DNA from: Candidatus Aenigmatarchaeota archaeon
GTDB taxonomy: Archaea > Aenigmatarchaeota > Aenigmatarchaeia > CG10238-14 > SpSt-28
Reading direction: 5' to 3'
Assembly (NCBI GenBank): GCA_039000725.1
Contig: JAWBNO010000002.1
Span: forward strand, 2,071-66,070
Length of the DNA stretch: 64,000 bases
A program made the position numbers and the translations under genes. Below, one piece after another: positions 56,196-64,000 of the stretch. Within the stretch, counting starts at the first letter, position 1; each line of letters begins with the position of its first letter. The notes below the pieces were generated by a model. That model had not been told where the DNA came from. It ran no database searches and saw only the letters and a list, made by a program, of their open reading frames with translations.

Positions 56196-57401
56196 TCATC
56201 GGAGCTTAGACTCTGTTCCAAAATCTTTTATTTTCTTTTGAGATTTTAAGTCTTTTAAAATCTTAGAGTAAAATAACCAAACCCTTAAAGGTATTGTCAA
56301 CCTTAAGTTAATATAATTTAGTGCTGAATCTAAGTTATCAAATTTTTCAAATTTTCCATTCAACATGTTTCTTACAGTTTCTCTGACATTCCAAACTCCA
56401 ACGGGAATATAGCCTTTGTGAATTTCTCTTAAAACTAATACTCCAGCTTGTCTTTTTTCTTTATATAAATGTTCGGCTATCATGGCTCTAGCGGCGTACC
56501 AACAACCACCAATACTAGCATAATCTTTCTTAAATTCATAAATCTCGTAATCTCCACCTATACCAAAATAATTATCTATTGTCCCTGGATACCATGCTTC
56601 TATACTTTCATATTGCCAAAAACTCGGAAACATAAGAATAATCCACTTATTATTCAAATACTCCGTATAATAAACCCTATATTCATCAATGGTTTCATAA
56701 TCTTTGACTTTTTCTAAAAAACTTCTACCTATTATGTCATCTACAGCAGTTATACTCCATCTAGTTGGCACAAGCTTTCTTTTAACCCCAATCATACCTA
56801 TGCTAAATGCTTGTTGAATTTTTGATACAGGAACGCCATTTAAATATAAATTAAAAACTGCTTCTTTTGCTTTTAAGTCCTTATCATAAAAAACTTTCTC
56901 TATTTTAAAATCAGTTGAGCTAGGATTTATTTTAAAGTCTTCGATAACAGCAGATGGACCATATGGTTGATGATCAAATGAGAGTTTAAAATTTGGAACT
57001 ATTTTTTTGAATCTAACTTCTGTAGAAACAAAATTTTTACTTAGAATACCTTCTTGCAATTTTTCTACAATTTTATTATTTACATCATTTATCCTAATTA
57101 AACTTTTTCCTCTAATAGCTTGCATTCTCAAAGCAAAAATTTCATCTAAATTCTTACCAAACCATTTTTCTGTATATAAAAGATCTTCTGGATTATTAAA
57201 TTTTGTAACTACAGGACCAGCAAAAACCTTAGGATATCCTATTCTTCCAACAAAAACTTCCGGTGGGGAAAATCCACTAAAATCTTTAGAATTAATTTTG
57301 GGTATAAATTGTGAGAGTTTTTTCAGCAAAAAATAATTTATATCTACTTTGTTTATCTTTTTTACTTTATTTTCCTTAGATATAAAAACTAGACTTTTCA
57401 T
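56196..57401 (-). CDS. NreA-like archaeal DNA-repair-associated protein (DUF650/DUF651)
   Basis: PPEVFVGRIGYPKVFAGPV signature, about 400 aa, and a C-terminal PIP-like QKKIKDF. Confidence 0.5.
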   Translation of the reverse strand: MKSLVFISKENKVKKINKVDINYFLLKKLSQFIPKINSKDFSGFSPPEVFVGRIGYPKVFAGPVVTKFNNPEDLLYTEKWFGKNLDEIFALRMQAIRGKSLIRINDVNNKIVEKLQEGILSKNFVSTEVRFKKIVPNFKLSFDHQPYGPSAVIEDFKINPSSTDFKIEKVFYDKDLKAKEAVFNLYLNGVPVSKIQQAFSIGMIGVKRKLVPTRWSITAVDDIIGRSFLEKVKDYETIDEYRVYYTEYLNNKWIILMFPSFWQYESIEAWYPGTIDNYFGIGGDYEIYEFKKDYASIGGCWYAARAMIAEHLYKEKRQAGVLVLREIHKGYIPVGVWNVRETVRNMLNGKFEKFDNLDSALNYINLRLTIPLRVWLFYSKILKDLKSQKKIKDFGTESKLR

Positions 57402-57434
57402 ATTCTTCTTTATCTCCTCCTTATAAAGCTTACC

Positions 57435-57662
57435 ATGAAAAATTATTATATGAGTTGTGATGGTTTGGCGACAAGAAGAAACATAATAAGGATGTATATA
57501 GGAAATAGTGTTTTAGAAAAGCTTAAAAAAGACGGGTATGAAGAAGATAAAGCATACAAAGCAGTTTTAAATTACCTTTATATTATATATGAAAACGATT
57601 TGAAAAAAACCATAGATAAAATTTATAAAATGTGCAAAAAAGATTTAGAGAATAAAATATAG
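57435..57662 (+). CDS. hypothetical small protein
   Basis: 75-aa ORF, no motif. Confidence 0.25.
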   Translation: MKNYYMSCDGLATRRNIIRMYIGNSVLEKLKKDGYEEDKAYKAVLNYLYIIYENDLKKTIDKIYKMCKKDLENKI

Positions 57663-57677
57663 ATAGAATTTGACAAT

Positions 57678-58523
57678 ATGACACTAAAGAAATTTACTTA
57701 CAAGTTTAAAAACTTACCACTTTTACATTATTATAACTGTAAGAAAATTTTAGAAGGAGAAAAAGTTGTAAGTTTAGATCTAGGTTTGTCTGTTGAAAAT
57801 ATTCAAATAGAAGAAAAATATGTAAAAATCAGAGAATATAATATTAAATTAGAAGAAATCAAAAGAATTTGCAATGATAAGTCTAAATCGATATATGTAA
57901 TAGAAAATGAAAATGTTAAAAAAATATTATTCTTTAAAGAAAATGTTTATAAGCTTAGATTGGTTAAACCAAATACTGCTCCAACTCTAGAAATCAATGG
58001 TATACATATGCATAGGATTAAAGGTATAACTCCTTGGGAAGATAGTAAAATTAAAGTTTCTTGTGTTAATGTAAAGAATAAATCAGTTTTAGATATTTGT
58101 ACTGGTTTAGGTTATACTGCAATATTAGCAAAAAAATTTGGTTGCAAAGAAGTTATTACAATTGAAAAAGATGAAAATGTTTTGAAAGTTGCTGAATATA
58201 ATCCTTGGTCTAAAGAATTGGAAAATATAGAAATAATTAATGAAGATGCGTTTTTTGCTTTAGAAAAGATTGATAGAAAGTTTGATGTTATAATTTTTGA
58301 TCCTCCAAGATTTAGTTTAGCTCCAGAATTATATAGCAAAGAATTTTATTCTATTTTAAAAGATAAGTTGAATCCAAATGGAAAAATTTTTCATTATGTT
58401 GGTGATGTTTGGATAAAAAAAGGTAAAACATTTTGGAAAGAGATTAGAAATAGGCTTAAAAATGTTGGATTTAAGAATATAAAATATAAGCCGAATGCAA
58501 AAGGAATTGTAGCAAATGTTTAA
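57678..58523 (+). CDS. class I SAM-dependent methyltransferase (archaeal COG2521-like)
   Basis: VLDICTGLGYTA motif I and IIFDPPRF motif IV-like. Confidence 0.65.
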   Translation: MTLKKFTYKFKNLPLLHYYNCKKILEGEKVVSLDLGLSVENIQIEEKYVKIREYNIKLEEIKRICNDKSKSIYVIENENVKKILFFKENVYKLRLVKPNTAPTLEINGIHMHRIKGITPWEDSKIKVSCVNVKNKSVLDICTGLGYTAILAKKFGCKEVITIEKDENVLKVAEYNPWSKELENIEIINEDAFFALEKIDRKFDVIIFDPPRFSLAPELYSKEFYSILKDKLNPNGKIFHYVGDVWIKKGKTFWKEIRNRLKNVGFKNIKYKPNAKGIVANV

Positions 58524-58545
58524 AGTTTTTAAAAATTTATAATTT

Positions 58546-59430
58546 ATGAAATGTGTTAGATGTGGTAAAGAAGCTAGTATTAAAGTTTTAGCTCCTCTTT
58601 GTAATGAATGTTTTATAATTAGTTATGAAAATAGAGTTGAAAAGGTTATAAAAAAATTTAGGTTAATTGAGAAAAATGATAAAGTTTTAGTTGCTGTTTC
58701 TGGTGGAAAAGATAGCTTAAGTTGTGCTTTAGTTTTATCTAAATTAAGAGATAAGCTTAATTTTGAAATGGAGATACTAACTATGGATGTTAATACTTAC
58801 TGTTTTTCAAATAAAATAAAAGAATTTGTTGAAGATTTTAGTAAAAAGATTAATGTTAAATTTAATTTCATTTCTTTTAAAGATTACTTTGGATTTAATA
58901 AAAAGTTGGAAGATTGGATAAAAGAAAGAAAAATCAAGCGCCCTGTTTGCTCAGTTTGTGGAATGTTAAAAAGATATGCAATTAATAAATTTGCTAGAGA
59001 AAATGGTTTCAATAAAATAGCAACTGGACATTGTGCTAATGATATTGCTAGATTTTTTATTAAAAATTTAATTGGAAAAAATTTAGAATACATTTCAAAG
59101 TTAAAGCCTATTGTTTATAGTGAGCATCCAAAACAAGTAACTAGAATAAGACCTTTATATGAATGCTTAGAATTTGAAAATTTAAACTATGTAAAGTTAA
59201 ACAATCTTAATCCTATTTCTTCTTGCTCCTTTTACATGATGAAAGACAGATTTTATAGAATAATTTCGTTAATTGAAGAAAAAGATAGAAAATTTTTGAT
59301 AGAATTTGTTAGAGGGTTAGAAGAATTGAATTTTGAAACTAGAAAAGAAAAAATATTTGAGTGTAAAATTTGTGGGGAACCAACAAATAAAGAAGTTTGT
59401 TCTGTTTGCAAATTGTTAAATAAAGAATGA
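58546..59430 (+). CDS. PP-loop ATPase, tRNA 2-thiolation type (TtuA/Ncs6-like)
   Basis: SGGKDS PP-loop, N- and C-terminal CxxC pairs, and central CSVCG. Confidence 0.75.
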   Translation: MKCVRCGKEASIKVLAPLCNECFIISYENRVEKVIKKFRLIEKNDKVLVAVSGGKDSLSCALVLSKLRDKLNFEMEILTMDVNTYCFSNKIKEFVEDFSKKINVKFNFISFKDYFGFNKKLEDWIKERKIKRPVCSVCGMLKRYAINKFARENGFNKIATGHCANDIARFFIKNLIGKNLEYISKLKPIVYSEHPKQVTRIRPLYECLEFENLNYVKLNNLNPISSCSFYMMKDRFYRIISLIEEKDRKFLIEFVRGLEELNFETRKEKIFECKICGEPTNKEVCSVCKLLNKE

Positions 59431-59456
59431 AGAATATTTATTTCAAAATATTATTA

Positions 59457-60185
59457 ATGGAAGGCCCAGGAGTATTAGTAATTAAAGAAAAACTAGAATT
59501 TTTAAAGGGAAAGATCATAGAGAAAGTTTCCGGAAACACTAAGGAAGATAAAGAAAAAATTTTAAATAAAAGGATTGTTGATATTAAGTCTTTTGGAAAA
59601 AGGTTGATTTTTGATCTTGAAGATGTCTATCTTATAATTCATTTTTTGATGTATGGTAGTTTTAGAATAAATGAAAAAATAGAAAATAAGAAAGAAAGAC
59701 TACAAATCCTTGTTAACAATAACATTATTAACTTTTATAATACTTCTGTGAAAATTGTAGAAAAATCTGACTTTAATATAGATGAAAGAACTGACGTAAT
59801 GAGTAATAAATTTGATAAAAATTTAGTAAAAAATAAGGTTAAAAATTATGAAGGGTTTGTTTGTGATGTATTATTAGATCAAAATATTTTTTCAGGAGTT
59901 GGAAACATAATTAAAAATGAGGCACTTTTTAGAGCTAAAATTCACCCATTAAGCATAGCAAAAAATTTGGATGAAAAGATAGTTGATAATTTAATAGAAG
60001 AAGTTATTAGATTTTCTAACATCTTTTATTTGTGTAGAAAAAGGAATAAACCACTAAAAGATTTCATGTTAATATATGGCAAAAGAAAATGTCCTTCTTG
60101 TAATTCTAAGGTAAGAATAATGAATCTTGGAAAATACAACAGGAGAACTTACTATTGTGAAAATTGTCAAATTCTTTACAAATGA
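59457..60185 (+). CDS. Fpg/Nei-family DNA glycosylase (H2TH + zinc finger)
   Basis: H2TH block LLDQNIFSGVGNIIKNEALFRAKIHP and zinc finger CPSC...CENC. Start placed at the internal Met (MEGPGV). Confidence 0.7.
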   Translation: MEGPGVLVIKEKLEFLKGKIIEKVSGNTKEDKEKILNKRIVDIKSFGKRLIFDLEDVYLIIHFLMYGSFRINEKIENKKERLQILVNNNIINFYNTSVKIVEKSDFNIDERTDVMSNKFDKNLVKNKVKNYEGFVCDVLLDQNIFSGVGNIIKNEALFRAKIHPLSIAKNLDEKIVDNLIEEVIRFSNIFYLCRKRNKPLKDFMLIYGKRKCPSCNSKVRIMNLGKYNRRTYYCENCQILYK

Positions 60186-60548
60186 AAATATAATTTTTAT
60201 TTTTGCAAATTCTTCAATTCTTTAGAGAGTCTATTAACAATAATTTTTAACTTCTTTATATTAACCTAATAGAAAATTAATTCTAAGTTTTGTTTTATAT
60301 CTTTATAGAGTTAATAATTGCGTTTTTATTGTTATTTTTTTGCATTTTTTGAATACTTACAAAATATATTTCTTTTATAATCAAAAAATCTTTACCAAAA
60401 CGTTGCTAACAAACAAAGTTATAATTGTAATTGAAACTCTATTTGTTTTTGCTTCCTACTTTCTATTAAACTAATGTATTCTCTAATATATTCATTAAAC
60501 ATTCTATCTATTAGAACATATGGAGAGTATGATAGTATAAGGGTTATA

Positions 60549-61332
60549 TTACTCTAGTAAATGAAATACACATAAATCATGTGTAGAAAGAACATAAGAA
60601 TAGTTTCCTAGCTTTAACTTCCTTTTTCTTTTTATGTAATCTTTTATTACTGATACTTCTTCTATATACAAAGGTTTTTCTTTTGCTACTTTAATATCCT
60701 CTTTTAAGAAAGCTGCTGCTTCTTTTGTTAAATTATCCAGGTTGATTAGAGACTTATAAATTTCCCTATTCTTTTTTATATCTATATCTATTGTTAAAGG
60801 ATTTTCTTGTATTTTAGGATATCTTTGGCGAATAGCTTCTGTAAAATTTCTTAAGTTTTCATAAAATTCTCTACCAGTTTTTGTTGGTAAGTTTAAATAA
60901 CCCTCATATTCAATTAGAGTATAACAAGCATACTCCTAATCAAGTGGCTTATATTTACCAAATACTACATAGTTGTCGTATTCGTTCTTTGAATGATTAT
61001 AGTTAAATACAAATGCAGTTAGTTCTTCAGTACGAGGACTTTCATTTTTTGTTTTTCCAAAATAATATATTAATATCTAAAACTTCTAGTACATTAATTG
61101 CCATATCTGTGAGGAACACCACTGTAGATATGAACTATAGAATCAAAACTTCTATTAGTATTAGTTGATTTATATGATTGGTATAATTCACATATTACTC
61201 GTGACAAAATAATATATTTTTGATTACACTTTTTTCCGGAGAAGAGCCTCTAAGTTCTTCACATTCTTCCCTTTCAAATTTTACTGTACATCTCATTTCT
61301 CCATTCACAATTTGTTTATTTCTTTTTAACAT
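60549..61332 (-). pseudogene. decayed gene(s): co-directional ORF fragments broken by frameshifts and an in-frame TAG
   Basis: Hand translation gives four fragments. 61195..61332 encodes MLKRNKQIVNGEMRC... A short fragment starts from the ATG at 61104. A third fragment ends ...VVFGKYKPLD-TAG at 60936..60938. It is followed in the same frame by a Met-less 128-codon open stretch, 60552..60935 (EYACYTLIEYEGYLNLPTK...). Confidence 0.5.
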
Positions 61333-61387
61333 CTCAAACACCACAAAATGTTTTGAATAGAAAAACTTATAAATTTAACTATCATCT

Positions 61388-63319
61388 TTAACGATTTTGA
61401 ATTTTAACTCTAACAACATACCCTTTTACTGGTCTTTCTGCTTCAATATAAGCACTTGTATTTAATTTCATCTCAACTTCATCATACTTTAAATTTTTAC
61501 TACTTAAATATTCTAAGAATTTTCTAGATGTTTCATTTAAAGTGTTTTTACTAAATACTACAACTTCAGCTCCCCATTCTTTTGCTCTCTCAATTAAATC
61601 ATTATAAACAATCTCAAATATTTCCTCTTTTCTAAATCTTCTATGCCCCTCTACAGAATCAACTAATAATTTTTTATCTTCTAAATAACAAATAGCACTT
61701 CCTAGTGGCTGATCTCCAATATCGTATCTAACTAATTTAATTCTATTATCCTTACAATATTTAAGAATACCATCTTCTATATTACTTCCATAAGGAAGAT
61801 AAACACAAGCCATTTGTACTCTATTATCATAATCTAGAGGATTCTTGCTTTCAACAGCTTTAATAACATTACTATTTATATTTATATCTCTATAATTAAC
61901 AGAATTAATAACATCGTTTATTGCTTCATTATTTGTTTGTTTTAGTATGTTAATTGCTTTTTCATAGTTTCCTTGATTAAAAGCACTTGCTATTTCTTTA
62001 ATTAAATTTTTATAATTTTTATAAAACTCATTTCTTGCCCTATTTACAGTTTTTTCACCAACAATACTAGAAATAATATTTACTGCTTCTTTTTCTAGAT
62101 CTTTATTTCTTGAACCAATTACAGCTATAATAGCATATTTTTCAAGATCATCTCTACTATAATTCAAAGAATTATTTTTATTTTTTATAGAGAGAGAATA
62201 GTATTTAGGATTTATTTCTCTTGAGTTATTTACAAAATTAACAACTTCTTTTCTAATTTTTTCCTCAGTACTAAAAAACATAAGCAATTGATTATAATTT
62301 AGATTTTTTTCTATTCCATACTTTCTTTTTACATAATTGGCAGCCAAATCTAAATAACTATCTATGTTATTTTCTGTTGGTAATGGAAGTTTTTTGTCTG
62401 ATTTTATGTAAAGAGTAATAGCATCAAAATCTCTTCTATTTTTAATTAAATTATCTAATCCAAGATTAATTATTTCATAAATTCCATTATCATTAAGGAC
62501 GTCAAACATATCTTTACCAACTTTATTGAGCATTCCTACTATTCTAATTATTTTTGAACTATCCCTCAAATCATAAGCAGCATGAGCTATATTAATAGCA
62601 ATTTTTCTAGCAACCTCGCCTTCATATTTTTTGATAGTATTAACAATTTCATCCATTCCAAGTATTTTACTTATCTTAATAACATCTTCATCTTTATCTC
62701 TAAGTGTATAAGCAGCATGACCTATCCTATTAGCAATTATTTCAGCAACCTCGCCTTCATATTTTTTGATAGTATTAACAATTTCATCCATTCCAAGTAT
62801 TTTACTTATCTTAATAACATCTTCATCTTTAAGTGTATAAGCAGCATGACCTATCCTATTAGCAATTATTTCAGCAACCTCGCCTTCATATTTTCCAATA
62901 GTTCTAGCCATATCAATAATAGCTTTCTTAGTTCTGCCCATATCAATAATACCTTTATTCTCACCTAAACGTAGGGAAGCGCGACCTATATTCTTAGCAA
63001 TTTCTCTAGCAGTATCGCCTTCATATTTTCCAATAATTCTAGCTATCTCAATAATAGCTTTCTTATCTTTTAAATAATAAGCAGCACTAGTTATATTACT
63101 AGCAATTTCTCTAGCAACCTCGCCTTCATATTTTTTGATAGTGTCTATAATTTCTTTGTTAGTAAATATATTAACTACATCCTCACGCTCAGGATAAATA
63201 AAGATTAAACCAACACTTTTCAAGAAATCCTTTGCTTTTAAAAGTTCTTCTTTAAAAAGCTCTTCAGTAAGTTCTTTTTGTTGCTTTTTTGTTGAATCTT
63301 TTTCTGTCGTAACAACCAC
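61388..63319 (-). CDS. repeat protein: about six 40-45-aa helical repeats (KYEGEVA..IA..I..AAY) plus a unique C-terminal half
   Basis: Repeats are visible in the translation. The C-terminal region has a faint GNAT-like beta-alpha-beta pattern (LLVDSVEGHRRFRKEEIFEIVYNDLIERAKEWGAEVVVF) without a clean motif A. Confidence 0.6.
   Translation of the reverse strand: MVVTTEKDSTKKQQKELTEELFKEELLKAKDFLKSVGLIFIYPEREDVVNIFTNKEIIDTIKKYEGEVAREIASNITSAAYYLKDKKAIIEIARIIGKYEGDTAREIAKNIGRASLRLGENKGIIDMGRTKKAIIDMARTIGKYEGEVAEIIANRIGHAAYTLKDEDVIKISKILGMDEIVNTIKKYEGEVAEIIANRIGHAAYTLRDKDEDVIKISKILGMDEIVNTIKKYEGEVARKIAINIAHAAYDLRDSSKIIRIVGMLNKVGKDMFDVLNDNGIYEIINLGLDNLIKNRRDFDAITLYIKSDKKLPLPTENNIDSYLDLAANYVKRKYGIEKNLNYNQLLMFFSTEEKIRKEVVNFVNNSREINPKYYSLSIKNKNNSLNYSRDDLEKYAIIAVIGSRNKDLEKEAVNIISSIVGEKTVNRARNEFYKNYKNLIKEIASAFNQGNYEKAINILKQTNNEAINDVINSVNYRDININSNVIKAVESKNPLDYDNRVQMACVYLPYGSNIEDGILKYCKDNRIKLVRYDIGDQPLGSAICYLEDKKLLVDSVEGHRRFRKEEIFEIVYNDLIERAKEWGAEVVVFSKNTLNETSRKFLEYLSSKNLKYDEVEMKLNTSAYIEAERPVKGYVVRVKIQNR
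62611..62874. repeat. perfect tandem duplication, 135 nt + 129 nt, inside the repeat-protein gene
   Basis: 62611..62745 and 62746..62874 are identical except for one 6-nt indel. More diverged copies flank them. Confidence 0.9.
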
Positions 63320-63912
63320 CCCTAGAGAAAAGTATTTAAAAATCTAAGTATTCCATTTTCACATATTTTCAAATTTATGAGTACTCTCTCTAAACATTTT
63401 TTAAATTCCTCATTACAATTCTTACCGAGCATGTCACCACCAATTAATAGTTACAATTGGCATTTAAATATTTTTCTGTTTTCTAGTAAACAAATGCTAA
63501 AAGCTGTTTTTATAAGTTTCCAATTGGGAAAAAATTCAATTCTATATTGCCCTGATTTTATAAACAATAAGAATCTATACCGTTTTACCTACATTTTAAT
63601 CCTTAAAATTGTTATTGTTTAGAGGTAACTAATGCTTTATCTCTTTTCTTTTAATTGGATTTACAAACCAAAAGCCTAAACTATTCTTTTCCCTTGAGCT
63701 AAATTTATAGAAAATTTTCAATTTTTTACTGTGTTTAAAATTTTGATAAAAGAATTCAACAAATATTTTAAGATAGAAGACGTTTGGATAGATTCAGAAA
63801 ATTATTATTGCTTGCTTGGAAGAAAAAAAGAAATTAAAATTAGCTAGGATTTCAATCCATTTTTCTTTAACTACTTGCATATTCCACGTATGGGCGTTGG
63901 ATAAATAGATTT

Positions 63913-64000
63913 CGCCCGGGACGGGATTCGAACCCGCACGGCCTCAACGGCCACAGCCTCTCTATAAAACTCCAGGGCTGCGCCCTACCAGTTAGGCGAC
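63913..64000 (-). tRNA. type II (long variable arm) tRNA, probably Ser(GGA), 5' end beyond the window, with a putative 10-nt intron (63960..63969)
   Basis: T arm GCGGG-UUCGAAU-CCCGU, acceptor 3' strand CCCGGGC, variable arm GGCC-GUUGA-GGCC, and anticodon stem CAGCC/GGCUG enclosing 17 nt (CUGGAG + 10 nt + A). Confidence 0.65.

Noticed and set aside
60936-60938. The in-frame TAG in the decayed gene, considered as pyrrolysine or stop-codon recoding.
   Set aside because: The same locus also needs at least one frameshift to be read. Many clearly intact genes in the window terminate with TAG, TAA and TGA. No Pyl machinery is visible.
62582-63130. Regularly spaced repeats, considered as a CRISPR array.
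   Set aside because: The repeats are 129-135 nt, contiguous without spacers, in frame, and encode the helical repeats of the 643-aa protein. No CRISPR-like array or cas gene is seen anywhere in the window.
389-63622. Many short antisense or overlapping ORFs in the track (389..607, 1235..1438, 5394..5651, 6691..6963, 8719..8940, 11928..12122, 12414..12608, 15384..15665, 17364..17855, 19523..20584, 22535..22825, 24476..24691, 25611..25826, 26336..27350, 28179..28373, 29755..30382, 38300..38746, 44999..45892, 47697..47957, 51066..51263, 53392..53703, 54758..55048, 55432..56024, 56469..57336, 58112..58339, 58884..59093, 62582..62968, 63377..63622).
   Set aside because: Each is embedded in, and antisense or out of frame to, a longer ORF with clear family motifs. 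Their low-complexity F/I/L/S/K-rich translations are typical of AT-rich DNA. 63377..63622 is not embedded but has the same character and no motif.

Overview
Visibly AT-rich, tightly packed archaeal chromosome segment. Archaeal information-processing markers are present throughout: aIF2-beta, aIF5A, SUI1, a histone, FEN1, Rad50/Mre11, TFS, eS26, eL37, uL22-uS3-uL29, Rpp29 and RNase P RNA. The GC-rich structural RNAs stand out sharply against the AT-rich background. The overall style (unlinked 23S rRNA, fragmented r-protein operon, pilus and adhesin genes, many 4-nt gene overlaps) is what I would expect from a reduced DPANN-like archaeon. Lineage cannot be established by eye. RNA genes: a stand-alone 23S rRNA on the minus strand, RNase P RNA, and three tRNAs, two of which appear to carry introns. 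Main observations: (1) The 23S rRNA is flanked by a textbook bulge-helix-bulge (BHB) processing stem. It contains three ORF-less mini-introns whose hand-folded BHB motifs predict splice sites that restore the conserved 23S core sequence, exactly for one intron and with matching length for another. One of them sits a few nt from the peptidyl-transferase A2602 equivalent. (2) Next to tRNA-Arg lies a three-gene defence-like island: a PLD-nuclease/SNF2 ATPase fusion, a 1250-aa PglX/DrmMI-like N6-adenine methyltransferase, and a wHTH protein. It resembles pieces of DISARM, BREX and Type ISP systems but matches none of their canonical gene sets inside this window. (3) An accessory-looking region lies before a terminal tRNA-Ser. 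It holds a decayed gene and a 643-aa repeat protein carrying a perfect 135/129-nt tandem duplication. (4) Other items: a Cys-rich surface protein with recent internal duplications, a Tad-like pilus module with a split platform protein, pilin-like adhesins, and a thiol-redox module with a palindromic divergent promoter. All calls come from motif recognition and hand folding. No database search or computation was run.
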